Below are positions 11,948 through 24,704 of a stretch of DNA of 53,237 bases, in pieces. The stretch's first letter is position 1, and each line of letters opens with the position of its first letter. Where the stretch lies: assembly GCA_013239625.1 (NCBI GenBank), contig MU053279.1, positions 18,935 to 72,171 on the forward strand, in the 5' to 3' direction. The notes below the pieces were generated by a model. The model was not told the DNA's origin. It did no database searches and saw nothing but the letters and a program-made list of their open reading frames with translations. The DNA comes from Lama guanicoe. Taxonomy: Eukaryota. Position numbers and translations under genes: made by a program.

Positions 11948-12038
11948 CTTTCCTGCATCAGTGGTCCAAAAGTAGCAACAACAGAGAAACACCTGTTCTG
12001 CTGGGAGCTAGCCAGTCCATTCTGGAAACAGATAGTAT
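11948..12038 (-). other. Candidate exon (91 nt, phase 1-2, open)
   Basis: ctctgtcttattttgttcctgggtccctgcag|ATACT...GAAAG|gtgatt; reads TICFQNGLASSQQNRCFSVVATFGPLMQE(R) and joins 10410 in frame. Confidence 0.3.
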
Positions 12039-13554
12039 CTGCAGGGACCCAGGAACAAAATAAGACAGAGGGCTGGGCCACCTGATCATTATTCATATAA
12101 TTTCTAAAACTCACTGGGATTTGAATGTCACAACCTCCACTTACCGTCATGGCCAAAATGCAGTGTCTTTATTTGCACTGTCCCAGTGGTAAGTCTAGAG
12201 GTCATTAGAAATACTTCTGGATGGGTTAGTTCCCACGTGGTAGCACATTCAAAAATATAATGATCAGAAAATAGATAGAATGGTTACTAAGCCTGTGGAT
12301 AGTTATCGACTCCATAAGAAACCAAGAAATGCTCCATAAAAGAGCAATGTACCCGGTACTTGTGTTTCCGGGAAGGCCAGCTTCCACGAACGCAACAGGG
12401 GTCTAAGACATTAATAATGAACTCCAGGTCGAGCTTCTGGGAAATACAGACACCCTACAGGGTAAGCACAGGTTTTCAGGTCTCTTTTCCCTGGAAGACG
12501 ATTGTGGAAAACATGGCTGAACACACATTTCGACCTTGCGAGACTAAGGCCAAGGATTAGGGTTCAGGGACTGCTTGACAGGAGTGCTGGGTCCACACCC
12601 CACGCTTCACTCGGGGGCCCTGGAAGATCGCATCCTTGGAGTGAGGCTGAACCAGAGGTGGACCCCACTCCTGTCTTGTCCCCTCCATCAGCTTCTCCTC
12701 CTCTGTGCTGCTTCCAAGCTCCGAGATGAGCGCAGCTGTGGCTGGCGGCTTTGCCTATCAAAATGTCAGCCCCAGGATTTATTATACTGTTTAGTTTCAT
12801 TAGTCGCCATTAATTGTTTGGAGTTCCCAAGTCATTAGCTGAGGTCCTCCAGCCCACTCAGCAATACTGTCAATGAATGCCCTGAAAGAGCCTCTCTGCA
12901 CCACAACTGGTACGTGGTTGCTGATGGGCAATCAGCGGGTCACGTCCGAGCGTCTCTTTTCCAGACAGGACAATAAAGCCAGAACAGGGGTGATTTACAC
13001 ACAACTGGAGAGGATTTTGTGTACTCCTTTTCAAAACGGTGGGCGTAATCAAAGATTTAACAGCTGGTTTTACATCTAAGCCTTCCCTTCCATGTGTTTA
13101 GAGGGGAAAAGAAGTCGGTATTGATATGGTATAGATATTCATTTTCTAAGCTCTCTGCCATCTTCACACACAAACTTGGGGAGAAATGTAATAAAACATT
13201 GAAAAGAAAGACAGAAATAGCCCTGTTGACCACTTTGTAATTTTTTTTTGCATGAATGTGAGATCTGTCTTCTTATGAATTCTGTCCTCACCATAATTTC
13301 ACACTCAGTAGCAGGTCCTTGGTGATCCAGAGACATTTAAGTAGATATCAGAGCTGGTCAATTTCCTTAGGGTGGCCAGACACTGGGCAAGACAGTCTGA
13401 GGTAGACAAGGAAAGGGCTGAGCGGACCATGTGCCAGTCAGAGGGGGACACCAGCCTGGCAGCCAGCCAGCAGGCAGTCAGATGTGAAGCTGATCTGTGT
13501 CCCTGGGTCATTGAACCCCTGGGCTCTGGAAGGAAGAGAAGGGATTGATTTCCT

Positions 13555-14731
13555 CTTTTTTTTTAATTGAAGTACAGTCAGTTATAATCTGTCAATTTCT
13601 AGTGTACAGCATCATGTCCCAGCCATGCATATATATATATATACATATATTTGTTTTCATATTCTTTTCCATTAAAGTTTATTACAAGATATTGAATATA
13701 GTTCCCTATGCTATACAGAAGAAATTTATTTTTTATCTATTTTTATATATTGTGGTTATCATTTGAAAATCTCAAACACCCAATTTACCCCTTCCCACCC
13801 CCTTCCCTCTCTGGTAACCATAAGATTGTTTACTATGTCTGTGAGTCTGTTTCTGTTTTGTATATGTCCTCTTTTTTCTTTCTTTTTTTTTTTAGATTCC
13901 ATTTATGAGTGATATCATATAGTATTTTTCTTTTCTCTTTCTGGCTTACTTCACTTAGAATGACGATCTCTAGGTCCATGCATGTTGCTGCAAAAGGCAT
14001 TATTTTATTTTTTTTACCACTGAGCATTCTATTGTATAAATATACCACAACTTCTTTATCCAGTCGTCTGTCAATGGACATTTAGCTTGCTTGCATGTCT
14101 TGGCTATTGTAAATAGTGATGCTATGAACACTAGGGTGCATGTATCTTTTCGAATTAGAGTTCCCTGTGGATATGTGCCCAGGAGTGGGATTGCTGGATC
14201 ATATGGCAAATCTATTTTTAGCTTTTTGAGGAATCTCCATACTGTTTTCCACAGTGGCTGCACCAAACTGTGTTCCCACCAGCAGTGTAGGAGGGTTCCC
14301 TTTTCTCCACAGCCTGTCCAGCATTTGTCATTTGTGGCCTTTGAATGATGGCCATTCTGACTGGTGTGAGGTGATACCTCATTGTAGTTTTGATCTGCAT
14401 TTCTCTGATAATTAGCGACACTGAGCATTTTTTCATGTGCCTATTGATCATTTGTATGCTTTCACTGGAGTGTTGCTTGTTTAGGTCTTCTGCCCATTTT
14501 TGGATTCGATTGTTTGGGTTTTTTTTTATTATTATTAAGTTGTATGAGTGGTTTATATATTCTGGAAATTAAACCTTTGTCAGTTGCTTCATTTGCAAAT
14601 ATTTTCTCCCATTCAGTATAGTGTTGTTTTGTTTTGCTTATGGTTTCCTTTGCTGCGCAAAACCTTATAAGTTTAATTAGGTCCCATTTGTTTGTTTTTG
14701 CTTGTATTTCTATTGCCTGGCTAGACTGCCC
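13555..14731 (-). mobile_element. 5'-truncated young L1 (ORF2 C-terminus plus 3' UTR)
   Basis: ORF 14000-14428 encodes L1 ORF2 C-terminal sequence ([36 protein letters not shown]...KKLWYIYT); polyT; TSD tgatttcct at 13546-13554 and 14732-14740. Confidence 0.95.
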
Positions 14732-15874
14732 TGATTTCCTTGTGACAGGAACTTCCTTCTTAAAAGCTCAGACCCCCTTTCCCAGGGGCAGGGAGACTTG
14801 CCCCAGAGCTGAGGTCTGGGATTCAGACTTAAGGCATAGCTCTGCACTGCCCTGAAGGAAACTGACAGGTGTGAGGACATTGAAACTTACATGTTGAAAT
14901 TACCTTCCGAGGACCGTGACCCAGAAGAATGGAGCACATGCAGGACCACTCACTCGTTGGGCTCAGTCACCATTCATTGCCCACCTTGGTTTGCTCTAAA
15001 CAGGAACTGATTCATTTATTGTGAAATGCAAACCCAGCCTCTCCAGCTCCACGCCTTACGTCTTGCCTCCCATCCACTCGGGTTTACTTAGTTGCGTGAC
15101 TCACTCTGTCCAAAGTGAAAACACACTTCACATAAAGACAGAGCAGGCAACAGTTCAGGAAAAATGAGCCTTCTGAGACAGCCTGGTCAGTGGTCCCTTG
15201 TGAGCATTCCCCAGCTTGTCTGGCCTTCAGTGCCAGGAGTTTGAAGAGTGATGAGTGAGAACGGTCCCTGTCCATGGTGTCACCATGGTGAGATTCCAGC
15301 GAAGTAAGTCTGAGACCCAAGGGTGAGACTCCAAAGGCAAGACTCCTCCAGCGTTCTGCAGGATCCCCTAAAGGGGAGGTGAGTGAAAGCAGAGGTGACG
15401 CCCTGTGTGCCCTGGGGATGTGACTCTAAGGCATTTGGCATCATAGTACCTGCTTTCACGAGTATGCCGTTCAAACCAAGTCCTGCCCTCCCCCGGTGTT
15501 CAGACCAGCAAGTCAAGATGGTAAATGTGTTTCCAAGGACTGTTGGTCTAAAACATGCTTTCACAGTGTGTTCCTTCTCTAAATCTGTGGCTCTTGGAAT
15601 TCTTTTCTGTGGCTCTGAACAAAGACAACTTCTGCGCTTCATTGGTTATCTTCTAGAATGCAAGTGAGGCTTTTATTTTTTTCTTCCAGCTTATTTAACT
15701 TAGCTTGGAGCATTTATCATTTGATTGAAGTGGCAGTTTTTATAAATATTCATCAACCCCAAATAAGTTTCCAGGGTCAGCAGGTCATGGGCTAGGAAGG
15801 AAGACCAAGAATGTTTTCCTCTCCCAAGAGCAAGCTTCCACTCATGAATTTAGCAGCAGCCTTCTCTCCTTCTG

Positions 15875-15975
15875 TAAATTCAGAAAGAATTTACTGAGGG
15901 CCAGTAGAGGTGAGGGGTGTGCCTGGGACCTGAGGATACAGAGGTGAACACAACACATCTGCTCCCTTCACACCT
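15875..15975 (-). mobile_element. L2 3' fragment
   Basis: attcagaaagaatttactgagggcc...ctgaggatacagaggtgaacacaacaca. Confidence 0.55.
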
Positions 15976-16227
15976 TTTTATGCATCTCTCTGTGGTCCAT
16001 CTACATTTACATCCATTTTCTTTTGATGTCCATTTATAATAGATCCATATTTAAAAGCCTATATATATATAATCACAGAAATATGTATGTATCATTGTAA
16101 TGTCAGAGAAAAGAAATGCAGAGGGATGAGGGAGAGAGAAGAGAAGCATTGAAGACACAGTGTAAGCTCTGATCTCTTCTGGGTGGCAGAGTTATGGTTA
16201 TCATCTCATTTAATGTATTATCCATCG

Positions 16228-16620
16228 TGTCAGTCAGGATAAGCTACGCTCTGCTGCAGCAACAAATATTGTTAAAATATCAATGCCTACAGTCAAGATG
16301 TGTAATTCTTAGTCATTCTGCCTGTTCATGGTGAGTGGGCTGTGGCTGAGATCCACATCTTCCTCTCTCTGGGTCTCAGCTCATGGAACATCAACTATCT
16401 GGAACATTGCTGGTTATTAAGCCAGTAGAAAAAGAGAACATGGCAAAAGCACTTTGAGCTGACTTCTAAAGCTTTTTCATGGAAGTGGCATATATTATTT
16501 ATGCTCACATTACATTGGCCAATGCAAGTGACACACTCACTCCTGAGTTCAGAGAGGGGGCAAGGATTTACATTCCTTCCTTAGGCAACAGCAATGCAAG
16601 GAAAAGCACCAAATGTGCAT
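16228..16620 (-). mobile_element. MLT1J/K-like MaLR LTR
   Basis: tgtcagtcaggataagctacgctctgctgcagcaacaaa...actatctggaacattgctgg...gctcacattacattggccaatgcaagt. Confidence 0.75.
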
Positions 16621-17351
16621 GAAGGATGTAGAATCATTAAATATAAATCATCTATTTTTTTCTGAAAGAATCATAGATTTTCTTGTGCATTAAGAGAAAA
16701 TCCAGTACAAATTAAAATCAGAAATGGGACACATCACACATTTCTTAGATCCTGGAAAGCAGAGACCTAACCCACATGCACCCTCCTAATCCCCATGCCC
16801 AGAAGAGAGCTTGGCGTGGAATAAGTAATTGTTGAAAGAAGAAAATGATGTTAATGGAAATGTTAGTGGCAAACTCAGATCTACCCTACCAGGAAGAATT
16901 CTGCACATGTCCTTTTAAATGAAACACTCTTTTACTCTCAAGTGGATAATCCATATTCCAAATTGATAACCTCATTTTCTACCAGAGTCATTATGGGACA
17001 AGAGGGGATTTATTATTTCTCCTTGACTCTCCCATAGAATCAGCAGCCAGTCTGGCCACCTCTGGGACCTCTGTAGATGATCAAAGAGGAGAGAAATCAA
17101 GTAAAACCATATGGTTTACATGTACTGTCCACTCCAGTCTCTTAGGGTAGAACAGTGGTGAACATTCCTGTCTCGTTCCAGACCTCTTCAAGGAGACTGC
17201 ATTGAAGCCATCCCCAGCCTCTTTCTTCATTAGAAAATGTAATTCAGATGGGAAAATCAAGCAGAATAAATTTGCAACAAGTGATTGACTGTGAGATTGG
17301 TAAGAGCCAGCTCTCCCATTATTTATAATCGAGGGACACTGACTTTCCTTC

Positions 17352-17875
17352 TATATATATATATAGTGGAATACTACTCAGCCATAAAAAAGAATAAAGA
17401 CAGGTCACTTGAAGCAACATAGATGGACCTGGAGATTGTCATACTAAGTGAAGGAAGCCAGAAACAGAAAGAAAAATACCTTATGATATCATTTATACAT
17501 GAAATCTTAAAAAAGGACACAAATGAACTTATTTACGAAACAGAAACAGACTCACAGACACAGAAAACAAACTTATAGTTACCAGAAGGGGAAGGAGGGA
17601 GTGAAAGGATAAACTGGGAGTTTCAGATCTGCAGATACACACTACTATATATAAAATAGATAAACAACAAGGTCCTACTGTACAGCACAGGGAACTATAT
17701 TCAACACCTTGTAATAGCCTATAATGAAAAAGAATATGAAAAGGAATATATATATATATATATATACACATACACATATATGTATATGTATATGTATATG
17801 TATAACTGAATCAATGTGCTGTACACTAGAAACTAGCAAAACATTGTAAATCAACTACACTTCAATAAAGAAACT
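17352..17875 (+). mobile_element. L1 3' end (artiodactyl type)
   Basis: ggaatactactcagccataaaaaagaat...cagactcacagacacagaaaacaaacttat...cacagggaactatattcaa...aaatcaactacacttcaataaa. Confidence 0.92.
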
Positions 17876-17959
17876 AATAACCATTTATTACCATTTGTAA
17901 GACTATGGGCAAACTGGGTAATCATGCTTATCTTCACTGGTATTACCCTTAGTGGGGTT

Positions 17960-18250
17960 TCCCCCCAGTTTTGCCTGGCACTCATTTACATGCCTGGCTG
18001 TCAGCTATGACACAGACTTAGAATAAGCTCACTTGGGAAGACTGGCTTGGCTCTGTGGTCTCTCATCCCGAGCAGGCAAGCCTGGGCTTGATCTCATCCT
18101 AGAGACAGAGGCACAAGACAAAGAGCAGAAGCATGCAAGCCTCCTGGAAGCTAGACTCAGAAACGGCAGGTCACCACAGCCACCACACTGACTACAGTCA
18201 GTCACGTGGCCACACAAGATTCAAGGTTGGGAAGGGTTGGAAGATACTTA
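17960..18250 (-). mobile_element. MLT1 LTR fragment
   Basis: tctctcatcccgagcaggcaagcctgggcttg...gcagaagcatgcaagcctcctggaagctagactcagaa...agattcaaggttggga. Confidence 0.7.
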
Positions 18251-18429
18251 TAGACTGAGGGCTTCCAGGAAGGTGGAGAGCTTCTTCCTCCGCCCGTTGG
18301 CCTTCCGTGAAGCTTTCAGCATCTAGAGAGAAGCGGGAGAGGCTTCCAGCCCAGGAGATGCATAGACGACCTGCTGGAAGGTGGCCAGAGCAGTGAGTGA
18401 GGTCCATGGATGTGGCACCCACAGAGTCT

Positions 18430-18740
18430 TCTACGCCTGCTGTTCTGTTGTCTGCCTGAAGACCTCCCTTTGCTCCCTTGACTGAGCCTACTCCTAATTA
18501 GCCTTATTCTTTCAGCTTAAACAAAATCTCTAAGAAAGCCTTTCCTACGCCCTGACGTCCTGATCTGTGCCCTGCTGCAATGCCCAAGGATTTCTTGAAT
18601 TCTATGGTGTAGAATCCATCACCTTGTCATTCATGGCTCGTTGACTGTATTCTCCACCCGGGCACAAGCAGATTCAAGGCTGAGATGTTGGTGACCACTG
18701 GGTTCCACAGTGCCTGGGTCAGAATACATATTTGATAAAC
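18430..18740 (+). mobile_element. L2 3' fragment
   Basis: ttcagcttaaac...aagaaagcctttcct...cagtgcctggg...catatttgataaa. Confidence 0.55.
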
Positions 18741-20689
18741 AGTGGTGTCTTTTAAACAGCATTTAACTATGTCTTTACACTCAAATGTAAACCTGATGGT
18801 ACGAGCCTGAGTTAGATATCCCATTGGATCCCAAACAAGTAATTCACATCTTCTCAGTGACGTGGTGTTCGACACATATGAACTTCAGAAGAGCGTCCCC
18901 TGTCTGTCAAGTGTAAAAAATCACCTTTCAGGACGTCCACATGGGAACTGTAGAGCAGCCAAGAAAACTGAAGCTGTAATAAGATAGCGTTTTTCAGCTG
19001 AATAATTGGATTTCCCAATACACGTGTGTTTCATGTCTCCTTATATTAATCACTCTTGGAAATTATGTTGCTGTTAAATAAAAGAGCGTATGACAACAAT
19101 CAATAGACACGCAACGATTTTTCCCTTTCACGCTTGGTTAGGTAAAAAGTTTGCCATGATGTGCTGCCAAATGTAAGTGATCACTGTCATTAGGAACAAA
19201 AACACGGGAGTGCTTAATGTGAGCTGCTGCTTCAGTGCAGAACCAGGCGTGGAGTAATTGTGAAGTGAAGCCTCAGACATCAGATCCAAACAAGGTGATT
19301 ACAGTTACCATCGTCCCAATCCCAGCTTCTTAGTAAAATTTATAGGATGGATCTTTCTATGTATCGATGCACCTATGTATCTACCTATGGCGTGGTTTGC
19401 TATTCCTTATTACCTGTGTGAAACCACACCCAGATTTAAAACATGTAACTCACTGAGGCTCTGTTCCTCTTAACTCAGCGCCAGAAGCCAGTCTGTAGTT
19501 TTCACGAGCCAATCCAAGTCCTCTTGAATCTGTCTTCTTATTGAAAATCAATTATGAAAAACCCATTGGGGTCTCCAGTGCTCAGGATCTGCGGAGTGTG
19601 TTGTCATTTGAACTGACGCTGCTCTTCTGACTCCTGAGTCAGCTGCAGAGGCTCACGTGCTGCTCAGAGGGTACAGGAGCCAAGCAGGTTGGATTTAGGA
19701 GATTTAAATAAACGCTTGAACAATGAAGATGGCCAAGCAACTTTTCTTTCCTGCAAAGAATGCACTTCATTGCACACACAAACTCCTTCACCTTGGAAAT
19801 AAGATAAGCAGGTGGCTGCAACGTATATCAATTAACTCATGACCTCGTTTCTGTAATTTGCATTGTTTTCCTCTCTTAATGATAGCTTTTTAACAAAAAT
19901 GCTGATGGATAAGCACTTCTGTGGTTTGATTTTTCTACGTCCATCTTCTTTTCTGCATGACTTAGAAAAGTTTTAATAAGCAATATAACCACTCTCTGCT
20001 TGAAACTTAATGAACAAGGAACTAATGCACTTTCTTTTTATTTAAAGAAAACCTGTAAAGCCAAGTAGAGCACTTTTGGAAATGATCAGTAGAGAAATTA
20101 TAATTCTTCATTTTGGTCTTGTAAAAATTTTGTCTGTCAGATCCTGAATTATTAGGCTATTATTAATGAAAACTATTTCTCTTGAGAAAAAAAGATGAAA
20201 TTTCAAAACTCAAAACAGCAAAGGCAAGTGAGACAGCAGCTGATGCAAGAAGTTAATTCAAAATTGGATGAGTTGATAGACTCAATAGTTACAAATAGCG
20301 ATGCGAGCTGCTTTTGTTGGTAACAAGCTTTCCATTGTGTTAGTTTATTCTATTTTTCTTGCTGGAGTTGTATTAATGCACTTCAGTGTGCCAGGCAACA
20401 GCTTGGTTTGTGAAAGTCATTTTGACAACAGAGGGATGGAGTCAACAGCTGGATCTGCAGTTTGTGGGCATCAAGGATTCATACGGCTCCCTCCCCGCTG
20501 GGTACCACTCCTAGTTGTGTCTAGTGGTTTTGCAGTGTTCACTTTCAAGCAACGCCACCACTGGCATCATCGCCATCAACACAACTCCTTTATCCTCAGG
20601 ATTGTCCCATGGTCCTGCCTGGCTCTTCATAAACCACCAGACACAGTAGCACTGACTCCCCCACTAATTCAATTCCCCAGAGCATTTTA

Positions 20690-20850
20690 ACATCTGTGTA
20701 TATGTGCACACACATGTACTTACACACATATCATATGCATGTATATAGACAAATGTACATCTTTGCATATATCATGGTCATAGTTTAAGTATGTAGCACA
20801 TATGTTATAAATGTATGCATTCAATATTACATGTACACAGCATGCATTTT
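20690..20850. repeat. Degenerate CA/TA/TG low-complexity repeat
   Basis: tgtgtatatgtgcacacacatgtacttacacacatatcatatgcatgtatata... Confidence 0.7.
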
Positions 20851-21152
20851 TGGTACATTCTTTGGATGTTCTAAGTGTTCATCTACTTATACAATAAATA
20901 TTTGCTAGGGACGATGTGTATACTGGCCACATTGTCACGTTGTATGATACGTTATGAAAAAGGCAAAAGTCCATCCCTTATGTCACTTTCAGTCACTGAT
21001 GATTGAGTGCGATTGGATTTGGGGGCACATAGGGGACCACACTGATGATGAAGTGTGTTCAGATGGAAAGGAGGGATAGTCTTACTAATGATGGTGATAA
21101 ATAATAATGACAGAGAGTGACAGTGATCATGATAATAATGATGATGTCATTA

Positions 21153-21300
21153 ATGTGGAAGACTGCTCAGGAGATGGCCCTCCCTCCCTCCCCCAGACAC
21201 GTGGGACAAGGCTTTCTCCCCTAGTGATGTCCGACTTGACTACAGATTTACTTTGGCCAGTGGAAATGTGGACAGGAATGGCAGGGTGCCAGTTAAAAAG
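21153..21300 (+). mobile_element. MLT1 LTR 5' fragment, preceded by (TGA/TAA)n
   Basis: tgtggaagactg...atggccc...atttactttggccagtggaaatgtggacagga. Confidence 0.55.
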
Positions 21301-22856
21301 CATGTTAAGTTTCTGCCCGTCCTGGTTTTAAGTTGTCCTTGACAACAGAGCATTTCACCATGTTTTGATGTGCAGAAAATCACTGACCTTAAGGCAAGAT
21401 GAATGCATTTGCTTATGGTCAGTGATGAACAGGAAAGATCCCAAATTGTATATAGTTTTTTAAAAATGTTTGCATGTAATGAACATTGTTGTCCCATGTT
21501 TGATTCCACATGCAAAGTAAGGCCACTCCCTGGAACTGAAATTTGCAAGGTTCAGTGTAAAATGATGACTAAATAGAGTTCACGGATGTGCAGAGAGTCT
21601 AAGAACAGTTTCCCCCTGTGTCCAGTTTGGATTGGATCCCTGGAGAAGCCCAAAGATATATTGTAAAACCTGAAGGATAATATGTCAGCTCCCTTGGCGG
21701 GGGGATACCATGATTTATGTTCCCCTGTACCATCTCCAACATCCAGAGAAGGGCTAGATATGAATAGACATAGGAGAGTTCTTCTATTTGATTTGAGACT
21801 AAATCATTAGCTTAGCCACAGGGTCAACAGCAGAGCAACTGGCTATGTAACTTTGAATATCTGCCAGTGCTATATATTATTTGAAGCGTTTTAACATTCG
21901 CAATTACAAAATGCTTCCAAAGACTTCAGTGATGGTAATCCTCAAGCCCAAGGTGCTTCTGGCAACAGGCACTATTATATAGGAGTCTGCAAAAATCACC
22001 GAGATTCCAGTCAGTCACAAAATGCTGAGTAGAAACTTCCAGAGCAAATTAAAATTGAGATTGAGGAAGATCACATATTGATCATGTGAGCAGGTGAGAA
22101 ATGCTTCCATTCCACTTTTCTAAAACAACACTCAACACTTTTCTAAAATAACCCTGTAACATTACGACCCCGTGGAACTGTCCATGGGGAGTCCACCCAC
22201 AGCAGCACTTGGACACAGTGGGACCCATCGGAGGTGGGGTTTTAGACCTGGTCCTGCTACCTGGGTGGGACCGGACAACTTCCAACATCCCAGTCCCCTG
22301 TGGCTGCCACACACTACTCTGTGGACTTACTACATGCCCTGATTAATCCCCATGCTTACTGGGAAGGTCAGAAGATAACTACAGACATATTGTATGCACC
22401 ATAAAACTGGTGAAGTTATCATTGTCTTGTTCCACTGCTGTGCTTTCAGCATGGAAACTGTGCATCCTCCAAGGTGACCCCCAGGTGACGACCACATATG
22501 CACCTCCTGCACGGCACAGAGCTTAGACCAGACCTCCACGTCTGTCTGGAGAAACTCGGAAGTTCCCCACCAGTGCCCAGTTCCATGTGAAGAAGCCCTG
22601 CAGGGTCGCTTCACTCTGATGCCACAGGGACATGTCCTCTGGTCCCTCCCCACCATGCTCCATGGCACTGCTTGGGCAGCCGTTGTGGGCTCTTCCAACC
22701 CTTGTTCTCACAGCCCTTGTGGACTTTCCAACCCTCCTGATCTTGAGAGGCCACCATGTGGTCAGCTGGGTGCATGTCCTCCCAGCTGCTTCACAGCAGT
22801 CCCCTGGGTCCCTGGTTTGCCCTGGAACAGACAGTCCAGCAAAGCAGCTCTCCCCT

Positions 22857-24703
22857 CTGTAGCACAACTGATGATCTCAGACAGTGGTTGCCCAAGACAG
22901 TAACGCTCTGTTATCTACGTGACAGCACAGGGAACGTAACATGCTTCCACACAGGAAAAGGTGGGCCAGCGTGAGCCCAGGACATGGGCGGCCCAAGGGG
23001 TGAGAAGTCAGGTGAAAATGTCTGAGAAACAGCACCACGAATAAGGGTGTCCTCTGCCAAGAGGCGTGAAGATGTCAACATGGTGCAGAGAATGACCACA
23101 GAGAGCCAAGGTGCCAGGTCAGAGGAGGGCAGCCACTCGTACCTTTCTTTAAAGGTTATAAGAGTAGTTCTTCTGTCCGATTAATCAATAATGGGAGCAT
23201 GAGTGGCTCGGTTTTAAGACACCTCAATAACTTTTTTAACGTGAATTCACACACGTGCACACAGACATGCGCCTCCCAAAGGCAAGTGACCTTCCCAAGC
23301 TATAGACAAACATGGGAGCCCCTTGGCCCCTGGGCCCTGTGGGGCAGGTCAGCCTGGAGCTGGCCCAGAGCCCTGGTGTCTTACCTCACAGAAGCTCTGG
23401 CACTGCTGCTTCCTCAGGTCCCAGGACGCCTTGCAGGGCTCCAGGCACTGGGAGAGAGAAACAGGGGAAATAAATTAGTAAACATGGTCAGGAAACAAAG
23501 CGGAAAAGGAAAGGACCCACTTGTGCACCATCCTCACTGTTCGGTGCCTACTTTCCTTGGTGACTTTAGGAAATCTAACTAATCAGAGGATCATGTTAAC
23601 CGGGTATCACAGGGCTCTGTGGGAGAGCATCACTACAGAGCGGGAACAGCTAGATGTGTGTTTCAACTCAGCTGAAAAGGAACAGCTGCACAGTCTGGCT
23701 GGAGGTGACAGCTAGGAAAAGCTGTGACGCTGCCTGGCAGGCACAGCGACTTGGATAGGAGATACTGTTTATTCAGTAACAAATACCTCCTAAAGGCTGC
23801 TGTTACAGATCAATGTTTTCTTCTCATAAACATCAGTAATAACTTGCTTTTACATTGGCAGTGGGATGGGGGTATAGCACGTGCTTGGTGTGCACGAGTT
23901 CCTGGGTTCAATCCCTAGTGCCTCCGTTTAGAGGGAAAAAAAAATATATATATATATATATGTATGCTCTTCTGTAAGTGACTGAAGTATTAAATATATA
24001 TATATACATCTCACACATATTAAGTTATGTCTTTATGTCAGTGAAGCCAACATTCACCCAATTTAAGTTCTCTATTAAAATATATTGAATAAGCTTAAGC
24101 TAAGCACAGAATGATAAACAATAACATTGAATAAACAATGTAAATATAGCTTATTAATACATATACAATGGATAATTATCACACAAAACATAGTACCACA
24201 GAGTACTATATATACTGTCTGTGTAATACATTGTAGGAAGAGGCCTCACGATGGAAATTGTTACATTCATATGAATGGACATCATATTCTCAAAATTACA
24301 TTTCAATGCAATTTTTAATTATTAAAGTATTAATGATTAAAAACTAATCATCATGTATCATTAAATGTTGGTTATCTAAATACTGGCATACCCCTGGCTC
24401 CCAGAGGCTCGTGATTATTTTATCTGTATGACTCTTATTTCATTATTGATTAATTTCCCAATTGAGATTAAAATTCTCAGTTAAATTTCTGACATGTATA
24501 ATGTAGAATTCAGGATATACACCTGTGCTATTCTTTCACTCTACTTTCTAGTACCCTCCCTGTTTTAAAATAAAGATATAGTTTAAAAGATAAACTGAAG
24601 ACTTTATGGTGAAATTTAATTTTCAAATATCCATTGCTATTTTTTTCAGTCAAAAATGCACATATGAAAATAAACCACTGTATCAAGTGTCCATCTGCCA
24701 CGG
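22857..24703. repeat. Tandem segmental duplication, copy 1
   Basis: Starts ctgtagcacaactgatgatctcagac and ends ccatctgccacgg; ORF track pairs are offset by 1848 bp (22911/24759, 23199/25047, 23521/25369). Confidence 0.97.
23862..23944 (+). mobile_element. vic-1-type camelid SINE (internally deleted)
   Basis: ggggtatagcacgtgcttggtgtgcacgagttcctgggttcaatccctagtgcctcc plus A-tail; B box GGTTCAATCC. Confidence 0.75.
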
Positions 24704-24704
24704 A

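Noticed and set aside
13545..14855. Cluster of ORFs as a host gene
   Set aside because: Frameshifted L1 ORF2 C-terminus and antisense or 3' UTR readings of the same L1.
20301..20690. 129-aa ORF with a hydrophobic N-terminus and His-rich patch
   Set aside because: No recognisable family or splice context; the His run comes from a cat/cac low-complexity stretch.
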